Below, piece by piece: positions 39,629 through 48,921 of a stretch of DNA of 64,000 bases. The notes beneath the pieces are model-generated. The model was given only the letters and a program-made list of their open reading frames with translations. It made no database searches and had not been told where the DNA came from. Where the stretch lies: positions 64,001 through 128,000 of the forward strand of contig JAGVWE010000005.1 in NCBI GenBank assembly GCA_018304425.1, in the 5' to 3' direction. Source of the stretch: Candidatus Iainarchaeum sp. GTDB lineage: Archaea > Iainarchaeota > Iainarchaeia > Iainarchaeales > UBA10219. A program made the position numbers and the translations under genes. Numbering within the stretch: position 1 is the stretch's first letter; each line of letters opens with the position of its first letter.

Positions 39629-40903
39629 TCAGCAGACGGCCCTGATTTTCAGCTTCCAATGCTTCATGGCCTCGCGCGCCACCGAAAGCGAGCCGCAGAC
39701 CAGGAGGAGGTCGTCTCTTCCGGCGAGTTTCTCGGCTTGCTCGATGGCGGCCGAGACCGTGGCTTCCTGCAGGGTCTGGCGGGCACGCGAAAAAGGCCGC
39801 AACTCCGCTGTTTCGGCGGCGCGCCAGCTCTTCGGTTTCGCCAGGATGAGGGTGTCGGCTTTGGGGGAAAGATAGTCCAGCATTTCCCGGAAGTCCTTGT
39901 CCCGGTAACAGCCGAACACCACGAACAACTGTTTGAAGGAAAAGAGCTTGAGGGATTGGGACAAGCGCTTCAAGCAGTCCGGGTTGTGGCCGGCGTCAAT
40001 GAGGGTCAAGGGCCGCCTTCGGCGGGAGATGACCTGCAGGCGGCAGGGCCAAAAGGTCTTTTCCAGTCCCAGGCGGATGGCGCGGTCGGAGACCGGGAAG
40101 CCGCGCTTGCGGAGGAGATAGGCCGCAGAAGCCGCGAGGGCCGCGTTCTCGACCTGGTGAAAGCCCAGCAGGGAAACCCTGAGGCCGGAAAGCTTGCAGG
40201 GATACAACAAGTCGAACGTGCTGCCCCGGTCGGTTGACTCCGCCAACTCATAGCGGGGCCGGATGACGGCCGCGTTCTTCGCGCGCGCCATCCGCTGGAT
40301 GGTGGCAAGGGCCTCGCCTTCGGCGTTCGTCACCGCCAATGAATTGAATTTGATGATGCCGGCTTTCTCGGACGCGATTTGCCGGAGGGTGTCGCCGAGG
40401 ATTTGCGTGTGCTCCAGGGAAATGTTGGTGATGACGTTGACCAGGCCGTTCAAGACATTCGTCGCGTCGAGGCGGCCGCCCAGGCCGACCTCGCACACCA
40501 GGAAATCCACTTTTTCATCCAAGAAATGCTTGAGCGCAGCGCAGGTCAGGACCTCGAAGTGCATGGGCCTTTCCTCCATCAGGTCCACGATTTTCCGGGC
40601 CCACGACATCAGGGAGGCAAACGCTTTCTTCGTGCAAGGCCGGCAGTTGACCGCGATTCGCTCGGGGTAGTCCAGCAGATGGGGACTGGTGTAGAGGCCG
40701 ACCTTGTAGCCTTCCACGCGCAGGATGCGCGCCAGCATCGAGGCCACGCTGCCCTTGCCGTTCGAGCCCGCCACGTGGATGACTTTCAAGTCAGCGAAAT
40801 CGAGTTTGGCCATGCGGAGGAAACGCTCCACGCGCTCCAGGCCCAGCTTCATCGAGAACTCGTCAAAGGAATCCAGCCAGGCCACGGCTTCCCGATAGTT
40901 CAT
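39629..40903 (-). CDS. folC: folylpolyglutamate/dihydrofolate synthase
   Basis: HVAGSNGKGS, YTSPHL, EVGLGGRLDATN, EKAGI, IDAGHNP; start reassigned to 40903. Confidence 0.93.
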   Translation of the reverse strand: MNYREAVAWLDSFDEFSMKLGLERVERFLRMAKLDFADLKVIHVAGSNGKGSVASMLARILRVEGYKVGLYTSPHLLDYPERIAVNCRPCTKKAFASLMSWARKIVDLMEERPMHFEVLTCAALKHFLDEKVDFLVCEVGLGGRLDATNVLNGLVNVITNISLEHTQILGDTLRQIASEKAGIIKFNSLAVTNAEGEALATIQRMARAKNAAVIRPRYELAESTDRGSTFDLLYPCKLSGLRVSLLGFHQVENAALAASAAYLLRKRGFPVSDRAIRLGLEKTFWPCRLQVISRRRRPLTLIDAGHNPDCLKRLSQSLKLFSFKQLFVVFGCYRDKDFREMLDYLSPKADTLILAKPKSWRAAETAELRPFSRARQTLQEATVSAAIEQAEKLAGRDDLLLVCGSLSVAREAMKHWKLKIRAVC

Positions 40904-41574
40904 GCCATCCCGCCCCCGAAGCCATGCCTGCCCTTTAAGGGCACGAAAACGTAATAGTTTTCCGAGAACTCTTCTTTGAGGAGCTGGCCCCTTTTTTTGT
41001 GTAAACTGGTCAGGGTCTGGGTGTGTGCGTCCCCGACCGGCCCGACCACCCTCCCGCCGTCCGCCAACTGGTCGAACAAGGGCTTGGGGATGAAGGGGCA
41101 GGCGGCCGAGACCAGGATGCGGTCGAAGGGCGCGTGTTCCGGGAGGCCCTGGGAGCCGTCTCCCTGCACGGATTCCGCGTTCCTGCAACCCATCGCTGCC
41201 AGGTTCTTCTTGGATTGCCCGGCGAGTTCCTCCAACAACTCGACACCAAACACCTTTCCCGCTGCGCCCACGAGATGCGCGAGCAAAGCAAGGACGTAAC
41301 CACAGCCCGAGCCCACTTCCAGGACTTTCTGGCCGGGCCGCACCTGCAGCAGTTCCAGCATGGAGGCAAGGGTGGAGGGCTGGGAAATGGTTTGGCCGTG
41401 GCCAATGGGAAAGGCCGCGTCCACATAGGCTTGTTCCCGCGCGCCCACGGGAAAAAAGGCTTCGCGGGGCACGGCGAGAAAGGCTTCCCGGACTTCCCGG
41501 GAGCGGATGGCCTGGGATTGCTCCAGGAAGGCGACGAGTTGCTCGCGTTTGAGCCGGAAAACGTCTGCTGGCAT
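40900..41574 (-). CDS. pcm: protein-L-isoaspartate O-methyltransferase
   Basis: VPRE.F, GQTISQP, LEVGSGCGY, APFDRI. Confidence 0.95.
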   Translation of the reverse strand: MPADVFRLKREQLVAFLEQSQAIRSREVREAFLAVPREAFFPVGAREQAYVDAAFPIGHGQTISQPSTLASMLELLQVRPGQKVLEVGSGCGYVLALLAHLVGAAGKVFGVELLEELAGQSKKNLAAMGCRNAESVQGDGSQGLPEHAPFDRILVSAACPFIPKPLFDQLADGGRVVGPVGDAHTQTLTSLHKKRGQLLKEEFSENYYVFVPLKGRHGFGGGMA

Positions 41575-41579
41575 CTGCC

Positions 41580-42509
41580 CTACCTCAGTTTCTCCCGTTC
41601 CCGTATCAACTTGAGCAGGTCCTTGGCCTTGTGGAGGGTTTCGAGGTCTTCTTCGCCGATGACCGGGATGTCCTCGACTTTCCGTGCCTTGAATTCCTTG
41701 GCGAGGATGACGGCGTGTGCAGCCAGCGTTTCCCCGGACTTGCCGAGGTCCAACGCCTTTCTCTGGATGTCCGCCTTCTTGTGTCCCAGGCTGATGAGCA
41801 GCCCCTCCGAGGGCTGGGTGAATGCGTCAAAGGGCGCGCGGTGGAATTCCGCGAGTTTCAGGCCCAGGTCATGGATTTTCTGCAAGAGCTCGTCTTCAAA
41901 GTGCTCGGAGAACAGTTCCCGTTCCGGGATGGGCTCGTGCCCGGTTTCCCCCAAGAAATTGGCTTGCTTGATGAGCGTGCACTTGAAGTAGGCTTCCAGC
42001 TTGCGCGCCGTGTCCAGGGAAGTCGAGGCCCCGGCCTCAAAGCGGTGGAGGCTCTCCTTGGCGAGGCCCACCTGCTCCGCCACCTCGGAGAGTGGTTTGC
42101 CGGCTTCCTCCCGTTTCCGGCGCATGGCATCCGCATCGAGTTCGACGATGGACTTGCCCTTGTAGTATTTGATGTAGGGCGCGCGCTCGTCCAAGAGGTC
42201 GGCGAAGGAGCCCAGGTTCAGCACCGGGATGTCGTGGCGCTCGTAAACCATGCCCCGCTGCAGGGAAAAGGCCTTGGTTTTTTCGCCGAGGATGAGGGCT
42301 TCGGCGTTGAAAATCTTTTCCAGTTTCCGGAGCTCGGTGGCGTGCTCCGGCCGCAGCGCATCGATGTTGCCGAACACCTTCACCAAGAGGGTGAGGTTCG
42401 GGCTCCGCGCGATCAAGTCAAAGCAGCTGTTGGTGTGGTAGAAGGTCGCGACCCGGAAGCCATGCCGTTCAAGGAGGGAGAGGGCCCTGGCCAGGAGTTC
42501 CTGCCGCAT
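41580..42509 (-). CDS. archaeal XRE-HTH transcription regulator (COG1395-like)
   Basis: SCFDLIAR, LVKV.GNIDAL, GMVYERH, central HTH. Confidence 0.85.
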   Translation of the reverse strand: MRQELLARALSLLERHGFRVATFYHTNSCFDLIARSPNLTLLVKVFGNIDALRPEHATELRKLEKIFNAEALILGEKTKAFSLQRGMVYERHDIPVLNLGSFADLLDERAPYIKYYKGKSIVELDADAMRRKREEAGKPLSEVAEQVGLAKESLHRFEAGASTSLDTARKLEAYFKCTLIKQANFLGETGHEPIPERELFSEHFEDELLQKIHDLGLKLAEFHRAPFDAFTQPSEGLLISLGHKKADIQRKALDLGKSGETLAAHAVILAKEFKARKVEDIPVIGEEDLETLHKAKDLLKLIREREKLR

Positions 42510-43331
42510 TCACAGCACCACCGAGGCGAAGGCCAACAGCGCGAGCATCATGGCCTGCTTGGAGAGGCCCTGGGCTTTCCTGAACTCGTCGCTCAGGGCC
42601 TGGAATCCGGCATAGGCGAAGACGATGCCGGAGAAGACGATGAGGGGAAAGAACCAGGCCTTCTCATAATAGTAGCGGGTTCCCGCGAACAAGGCCACGG
42701 CCACGGCAAAGGCGTAGCAGAACAGGATGAGGCTCTTCACCGGGGAATGGCCGATGAGCATGGGCAGGCTCACCTTGTGGCCCTGGTCTCCTTCCAGGTC
42801 TTCGAGGTCCTTTGTGAGTTCCCGGCCGAGGTTGGCGAGCATGGCGCTGAAGGCAAGGAATATCACGGGAAAATAGCTGCCAGAAACCGAGGCCCCGAAC
42901 AAGAGCGTTACCGCCGTTCCCGAGGCGACAATCCAGTTGCCCACGTACTTCATTTTCTTGAGCAGCGAGGAATAGGCCAGGAGCAGTCCGGTGAAGACCA
43001 GGGAAATCAGGAAAGCCGCGGCATTGACTTGGTAGGCCAAGGCATTGCCGGCCACGAACAGGAACAGGGACTCGGCTAACACGAAGCGCGCGGAAAGCTT
43101 TCCGCTGGGGATGGGCCGGTGGGGCTTCGTTTTCCGGTCAATGGAGCGGTCAAAGTAGTCGTTGATGGCCTGGCCCGCGCCGCACACCAGGAAAGCCGCC
43201 AGCATGGCAGTGAAAAGGTCGACCGTTACCAGGAACCGGGAAAGGGAAGCCCAATAGCCTATCGCGGTGGCCAACGCGGCCATGAAGCAATTAGTGGGCC
43301 GCAAGACTTTGATGGCTGCCAGTGGCTTCAT
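42510..43331 (-). CDS. digeranylgeranylglyceryl phosphate synthase (UbiA family)
   Basis: RP.NC, INDYFD..ID....P.RPIPSG, RE..KDLED.EGD. Confidence 0.88.
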   Translation of the reverse strand: MKPLAAIKVLRPTNCFMAALATAIGYWASLSRFLVTVDLFTAMLAAFLVCGAGQAINDYFDRSIDRKTKPHRPIPSGKLSARFVLAESLFLFVAGNALAYQVNAAAFLISLVFTGLLLAYSSLLKKMKYVGNWIVASGTAVTLLFGASVSGSYFPVIFLAFSAMLANLGRELTKDLEDLEGDQGHKVSLPMLIGHSPVKSLILFCYAFAVAVALFAGTRYYYEKAWFFPLIVFSGIVFAYAGFQALSDEFRKAQGLSKQAMMLALLAFASVVL

Positions 43332-43404
43332 TCAACCCCTAGGGTGTAGGGCCAAAGACTTTAAATTGAAAGCAGACGGGGGGCAGAGGGTCGGGCTGAA
43401 GGGT

Positions 43405-43566
43405 TTACGCCTTCTTCTGCTTGTTCTTTTGGCGGAACCGCTTGGAACCGCATTTCCGGCACTTGGGTGGGGAAGTCCCGGGACTGGACCGCATCTTGGC
43501 ATTGCAGGACATGCACACCCATACATTGGTGAACAGCCTGTTCATGGAGACCGGAAACGATGCCAT
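43405..43566 (-). CDS. rpl40e: 50S ribosomal protein L40e
   Basis: MASFP...RLF...VCMSCNA....KCRKCG.K.FR.K. Confidence 0.9.
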   Translation of the reverse strand: MASFPVSMNRLFTNVWVCMSCNAKMRSSPGTSPPKCRKCGSKRFRQKNKQKKA

Positions 43567-43681
43567 GCAATCACACCAAAAAACGCTGCAAACCTTTAAA
43601 AACCATTTTAACGCCAATTGAATGGGTTTGCAGATAACCTATTTTAGAATGAATTAATTTATAAACCAGCCACCCCCTTTT

Positions 43682-43754
43682 GCCTCGATAGTGCAGCGGT
43701 CAAGCACATGGGCCTTTCAAGCCCGTAACCCGGGTTCAAATCCCGGTCGGGGCA
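43682..43754 (+). tRNA. tRNA-Glu(TTC)
   Basis: Cloverleaf, TGGGC-CTTTCAA-GCCCG. Confidence 0.95.
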
Positions 43755-43837
43755 CTTTTCTAATTTGGGGGGAGATGCGAAGTCGATCGCCGAGGGCGCC
43801 GGTGTTGGTGTGATGTCGGCCGGGAAAGTACGCGTAG

Positions 43838-46213
43838 TCACCGCTGGCCCAACGCTTGTTCTTTGGCCAGGGAAAGCGTCAGGGCCCTGATGGTTTCCAC
43901 CGCGTCGATGTTGGCGGAAACCGAGTCGATGCCGTAGCCGATGAGCGTTTTCACCATTTCCGGGTTGCTGGCGGCCTGTCCGCAGATGCTGGTCTTGACT
44001 CCCGCCTTCTTACAGGCCGCGATGACGTGCTCGATTTCGCGCAGCACCGCGGGATGCATCTCGCTGAACTGTTTCTGGATGCGCTCGTTGTTGCGGTCGA
44101 TGCCCAGCGTCAACTGGGTCAAGTCGTTGGTGCCGAAGGAGATGAAGCGGATTTTTTCGGCGAGGAGCTCGTCGATGACCCAGCAGGCGGCCGGGGTTTC
44201 CACCATGACGCCGAACTCGAAGAAGGGGTCGTTCAAGTCAAAACCGCATTCCACCATCAGGGCCTTGGCCTTCCGCACTTCGTCGACGGAAATAACGAAG
44301 GGCAGCATGACGCCGATGTTCGTGTAACCTTCTTTGCGCAATTGGAAGATGGCCCGCAACTGGGCCTTGAACAATTCGGGTTCGTCGAGGTCGCGTCGGA
44401 TGCCGTGCCAGCCAATCATGGGGTTTTCCTCGTGGGGTTCTTTCTCGCCCCCGGCCAGCTCACGGAACTCGTCCGTGCGCGCGTCAAAGGTCCGATACCA
44501 TACCGGCTTGCCCTTGAAGTGGGAAGCCACTTTCCGGATGTCCTCCCGCACCACCTCAACGAGTTTCTTGGCTTCGCCGCGCCGCAGGAACTCCGCCGGG
44601 TGCTCGCCGGAAGCCGTAATCATGTGCTCGGCGCGCAGCAAGCCAACCCCGTCCGCGCCGGTTTTCTCGGCGTTCTCGGCGGCCTCGGGCAGGGCCACGT
44701 TGACCTTGACTTTGATGGCGCGCGACCGCAAGGCATTGAGTACGGCTTGCTTGCGCAGGACATCCGTTACCTGGCCTGGAAGCCGCAAGGCCTTTTCGAG
44801 GACGGGAACCTCGGCATCCGAAACCACTTCCACCGCCGCGTTTTCCTGGCTGGCCGCCTTTTTCAGGGGCGGCGTGCCGGCGTAGACCAGGCCCTTGAAG
44901 CCGTCCACCGTAATCGTCATGCCGTCCTTCAAGACCCGGGTGGCCTGTTCCGAGCCCACCACGCAGGGAATCTGGAGTTCGCGGGAAACAATGGCGGCGT
45001 GGCTGGTCCTCCCCCCCTCGTCCGTGACAATGGCCGCGCACTTTTTCATGATGGGCACCCAGCTGGGGTTGGTCATCACGGTTACGAGGACGTGGCCAGG
45101 CTGCACCTTGGCGATGTCCTTGACATCCGGCACCACGCTGACCACGCCGGACACCACGCCTGGAGAGGCCGCAAGCCCTTTAAGCAGGGGCTGCACGTCT
45201 CCCGCCACCTCCACTTTTTCCTTCAACTTGTGGAGCGTGGTAATGGCACGCGTTTGAACCAAAAACATCTTGCCGCCTTCCACGGCGAACTCCACGTCCT
45301 GGGGCTTGCCATAATGTTGTTCGAGTTTCAGGCCCAGACGCGCGACCTCCAAAATGAGTTTGTCGGAAATCTTCTGCTTTTCCCTGAGTTCGGGTTTCAG
45401 GTTGACCTGCTTGTTTCCCTTGGAGGCCCGGGCCAGCATCCAGTCCTGTTTGGCGAGTTCCTTGTGGACAATCTGCAGGCTTTCCTTGTCCACGACATAG
45501 TTGTCGGGCTTGAGGGTTCCGCCCACCACGACTTCCCCGAGGCCGAAAGCGGCTTCGACAACGATCTTGTCCAAGTCCCCGCCCGGGTCAGCCGTGAACA
45601 TGACACCTGAGGCCTCGGAGTTCACCATTTTCTGGACGACTACCGCAATCCCCACTCTTTCCGTGCCAAAGCCCTGCTTCTTGCGGTAGAAGACCGCGCG
45701 CGGCGTGAACAGCGAGGCCCAGCAGTTTTGCACGGCTTTGACCACTTCCGGCCGGCCGATGACGTTCAAATAGGTCTCCTGCTGGCCGGCAAAGCTGGCC
45801 TCGGGCAGGTCCTCGGCCGTCGCCGAACTCCGGACCGCGACATAGGGCTGCTCGCTGCTGGAGAGGTTGCCCCAACCCACCTTTTTTTGTTCGATGCGCT
45901 GGTAGGCTTTCTGGATTTCGACCCCGATTTCTTCGGGCATCCGGGCGGAGAGGATGAGTTCCCGCACCTGTTCGGTCACGGCTTCCAGGGCTGCGGTGTC
46001 ATCGACGTCCAGGGGCTCTAAGAGGGCCAGGATTTTTTGCTTGATGCCCGTGCGTTCGAGGAAATGGTAATAGGCCTGCGTGGTCACGATGAAGCCGTTG
46101 GGAATCGGGAAGCGGTTGTTGGCCATCTCGCCCAGATTCGCGCCCTTGCCGCCCACCGTGGGAATGTCGTCCTTGCCCACGTCGTCAAACCAGACAATGA
46201 ACTTCACCGGCAT
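43838..46213 (-). CDS. ppsA: phosphoenolpyruvate synthase
   Basis: GGKGANLGE, VRSSATAEDLP.ASFAGQQ, GGRTSHAAIVSRE, GTNDLTQ, ICGQA; start reassigned to 46213. Confidence 0.96.
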   Translation of the reverse strand: MPVKFIVWFDDVGKDDIPTVGGKGANLGEMANNRFPIPNGFIVTTQAYYHFLERTGIKQKILALLEPLDVDDTAALEAVTEQVRELILSARMPEEIGVEIQKAYQRIEQKKVGWGNLSSSEQPYVAVRSSATAEDLPEASFAGQQETYLNVIGRPEVVKAVQNCWASLFTPRAVFYRKKQGFGTERVGIAVVVQKMVNSEASGVMFTADPGGDLDKIVVEAAFGLGEVVVGGTLKPDNYVVDKESLQIVHKELAKQDWMLARASKGNKQVNLKPELREKQKISDKLILEVARLGLKLEQHYGKPQDVEFAVEGGKMFLVQTRAITTLHKLKEKVEVAGDVQPLLKGLAASPGVVSGVVSVVPDVKDIAKVQPGHVLVTVMTNPSWVPIMKKCAAIVTDEGGRTSHAAIVSRELQIPCVVGSEQATRVLKDGMTITVDGFKGLVYAGTPPLKKAASQENAAVEVVSDAEVPVLEKALRLPGQVTDVLRKQAVLNALRSRAIKVKVNVALPEAAENAEKTGADGVGLLRAEHMITASGEHPAEFLRRGEAKKLVEVVREDIRKVASHFKGKPVWYRTFDARTDEFRELAGGEKEPHEENPMIGWHGIRRDLDEPELFKAQLRAIFQLRKEGYTNIGVMLPFVISVDEVRKAKALMVECGFDLNDPFFEFGVMVETPAACWVIDELLAEKIRFISFGTNDLTQLTLGIDRNNERIQKQFSEMHPAVLREIEHVIAACKKAGVKTSICGQAASNPEMVKTLIGYGIDSVSANIDAVETIRALTLSLAKEQALGQR

Positions 46214-46227
46214 GCGCTTGTTCACCC

Positions 46228-47610
46228 TTACCCGCTTCGCTCGCTTGCGTTTATGACTTCCTTGGCCCAATTGATTTGAATCATGTTGGTCGCGGGCTGC
46301 GTGGCAAACCTTCCCGCCGTGAACAACAACAAGTCGCTTCCCTCAATTAAACCTTTCGCATGCAGCCACTTGGCCACCGGGATGATCCGGTTCTTTTCCG
46401 CCTGGCCAGGGTAGTGGCAGGGCTGCACGCCATAGTAGAGCATGAGTTGCCGTTTGACGGCAGGCGAGGCCGTGACTGCCAGGATGGGCTGCTGGAGCCG
46501 ATACCTTGAAATGAGGCGGGCGGTATAGCCTGACCTCGTCATGACAATGACCTTGCTGACGTGCAGCATGGTGCAGGAGGCCGCGGCGGCCGAGGCAATG
46601 GCTTTGGACACGTTGCGGCCCGCGCCTTCGGCAAACGTGCTCTTGGCCATGTGCTCGGTGGCCCGGGCAATCGAGGCCAGGGTTTTCACGGCTTCCACGG
46701 GAAACTCGCCTTTCGCGGTTTCCCCGCTCAACATGAGGGCATCGGCCCCGTCCAGGATGGCGTTGGCTGCGTCGCTGGTCTCCGCACGGGTGGCCCGCGG
46801 CCGGTGAATCATGGACTCCAAAACCTGCGTGGCCACGATGACGAATTTCCCGGCTGCATTGCATTTGCGGATGAACTCCTTTTGCAGGAGGGGCACGCGT
46901 TCCTGGGGCAGTTCAACGCCCAAATCGCCTCTCGCCACCATGATGCCGTCGCTGGCCTCAAGGATTTTGTCGAAGTGCTTCACGCCCTGGCGGTTCTCGA
47001 TTTTGGCGATGACCTGGATGTCGGTTCCCTTGAGCGCTTTTTTCACGGCGAGGACGTCGCGCTCGGTTTGGGCGAAGGACAAGGCCACGAAGTCCACGTT
47101 GTGTTTCCGGGCAAAGGCCAGGTTCTCGTAATCCTTTTTCTGGAGGGCCGGCACGTTGAATTTCACGCCCAAGACGTTCACGCCCACGTGGTCGTAGAGT
47201 TCCCCAGCAGAGACAAACCGCAGCCTCACGGCAGTGGCCTGCTTCTCGATGATCTTGGCCTCGATGAGGCCATCGGAGAAGAACACGCTGTGGCCGACCT
47301 TGGCCTGCCGAAAAAAGTCGTGGTTGAACCAGTAGGCGTGGCCCGGGTGGAAGCCGAAGGAAAGCTCGTCCCCCTTCTTCACTTCGATGGGCGCCTTCAT
47401 GCCTGCCCTCAAATCCAGCCCCTTGGTGTCAATCAGGACCGGCACGTCGGCCACGCTTCGGACTTGCCGGATGGCCTGGCTCCATTGCCTGGGGTCCCCG
47501 TGCGCGCAGTTGATGCGCACGCAGTCCATGCCGGCGGCAGCCATTTGCCGGAGGACATTTGGCTCCAGGCAGGCCGGTCCGACCGTGCAAACAATCTTGG
47601 TTTTTTTCAT
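46228..47610 (-). CDS. pyk: pyruvate kinase
   Basis: TKIVCTVGP, IAKIEN, MVARGDLGVE, MLSGETAKG. Confidence 0.97.
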   Translation of the reverse strand: MKKTKIVCTVGPACLEPNVLRQMAAAGMDCVRINCAHGDPRQWSQAIRQVRSVADVPVLIDTKGLDLRAGMKAPIEVKKGDELSFGFHPGHAYWFNHDFFRQAKVGHSVFFSDGLIEAKIIEKQATAVRLRFVSAGELYDHVGVNVLGVKFNVPALQKKDYENLAFARKHNVDFVALSFAQTERDVLAVKKALKGTDIQVIAKIENRQGVKHFDKILEASDGIMVARGDLGVELPQERVPLLQKEFIRKCNAAGKFVIVATQVLESMIHRPRATRAETSDAANAILDGADALMLSGETAKGEFPVEAVKTLASIARATEHMAKSTFAEGAGRNVSKAIASAAAASCTMLHVSKVIVMTRSGYTARLISRYRLQQPILAVTASPAVKRQLMLYYGVQPCHYPGQAEKNRIIPVAKWLHAKGLIEGSDLLLFTAGRFATQPATNMIQINWAKEVINASERSG

Positions 47611-47614
47611 GGCA

Positions 47615-48439
47615 TCACTTCACGGCCTGGTCGAGCCTGGCCTCGATGGCTTGCCCGAACAGTTTCACGTAGCCGTCCGGGCTCTTGCTGGTGTCCTTGT
47701 TTTCAACGAACACCGTGAACGCGATTTCGTCCCGGCGGCAGAGCACTCTCGCGGTCTTCTGGATGACGCCTCCCTCGAACTTGATGGAAAAGCAGGTCGA
47801 GCCCAACCCCTCGTCAAAGGCTTTCGTGGTCTCATCGGTTTTCATGGTGCCCTTTTCCTTGCTGAAATAGTCTTTAGCATTGGACTTGGACTGGAACCGG
47901 ATGACCTTCACTTCAATGGCCGTGCTGCCGCCGGACTCCTCGGCCTTCTTGAGGGCCAACAGCCTTCCCTCCGCATACCCGGTTTCCCCCGAACCAAACT
48001 CCTCGTCCCTTTCAACCGAGTAATCCGAGCCATACTCGGCTTTGGCCGGCATCAAGTCGATTACTTTGGCTTCGGCCAGGGTCTTGGGCACGGGCTTGGC
48101 TTCCGGCTTCGAACCGCCTGCCGGCACAGGGGTTTCACCCGATGCAGGCTGCTGACCTTCCGTGCCCGTGGAAGGGCTTGCCACCGAACCAGGTGTTGTG
48201 GACTTGAACTGGGCCAGGCACTTCTTTTTGGCGGCCTCCGAGTAAACGCTATTGCACCAGTCCGCGTTCTTCTCGTTCCGGGCCTTCAAGGAATAGCACA
48301 CGTCCTTCAACAGGCTGCCCGGCTGGTCCTCGCATTCCTGGACCGTTTTCTTGGAGAGGCCCGGCAAGAGGTTGAAGAAACCCAACGCAATCAAGGCCAC
48401 CAGCACAACGGCCAGAACGGCAACGACCTTTAACTCCAT
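47615..48439 (-). CDS. membrane-anchored exported protein (Cys-rich N-domain, P/T/S linker)
   Basis: N-terminal TM, four Cys, low-complexity linker, globular C-domain. Confidence 0.7.
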   Translation of the reverse strand: MELKVVAVLAVVLVALIALGFFNLLPGLSKKTVQECEDQPGSLLKDVCYSLKARNEKNADWCNSVYSEAAKKKCLAQFKSTTPGSVASPSTGTEGQQPASGETPVPAGGSKPEAKPVPKTLAEAKVIDLMPAKAEYGSDYSVERDEEFGSGETGYAEGRLLALKKAEESGGSTAIEVKVIRFQSKSNAKDYFSKEKGTMKTDETTKAFDEGLGSTCFSIKFEGGVIQKTARVLCRRDEIAFTVFVENKDTSKSPDGYVKLFGQAIEARLDQAVK

Positions 48440-48554
48440 GACTTTATTGGCCTTTAACGTTTTTTATGCCTATGTGCTCGCTACGGCTCGCAGCGGCTCG
48501 CAGCCAAACCCGTCGACAGATAGGTTTTTATTCGGGTTCGGCGTAATGGATGGC

Positions 48555-48866
48555 ATGGAACTCCGGAACCCACTCGCCCTGCTTGCTTTCCTGTTGCTGA
48601 ACGCGGTGGTGGTGGCGGCCGACACCAATGCCTCGGACGCGCAGTCCCTGGCCAACATCCTGGCCCCCTTGAACAAGGTCAAAAACCTGGTGCTGAGCGT
48701 TGCGGGAGTCATCGCCGTCATCTTCTTGGTCATCAACGGCGTGAAGTGGATGTTCGCGGACTCGCCACAGGCCAAGGAAGAAGCCAAGCGCGGCCTCCAA
48801 GGCGCCATCATCGGCCTGGTCATCATTGCCGCGGCCTTCCCGTTGACCGACTACCTGCTCCCCTAA
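48555..48866 (+). CDS. VirB2/TrbC-like conjugative-type pilin
   Basis: Signal peptide, then two hydrophobic helices joined by GVKWMFADSPQAKEEAK..L.GAIIGLVII. Confidence 0.75.
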   Translation: MELRNPLALLAFLLLNAVVVAADTNASDAQSLANILAPLNKVKNLVLSVAGVIAVIFLVINGVKWMFADSPQAKEEAKRGLQGAIIGLVIIAAAFPLTDYLLP

Positions 48867-48921
48867 TTGGGGCCCATAGCGTTAAATCCTGTTTGTGCTT
48901 CCAGTGCATGGGTTTTCGGGG

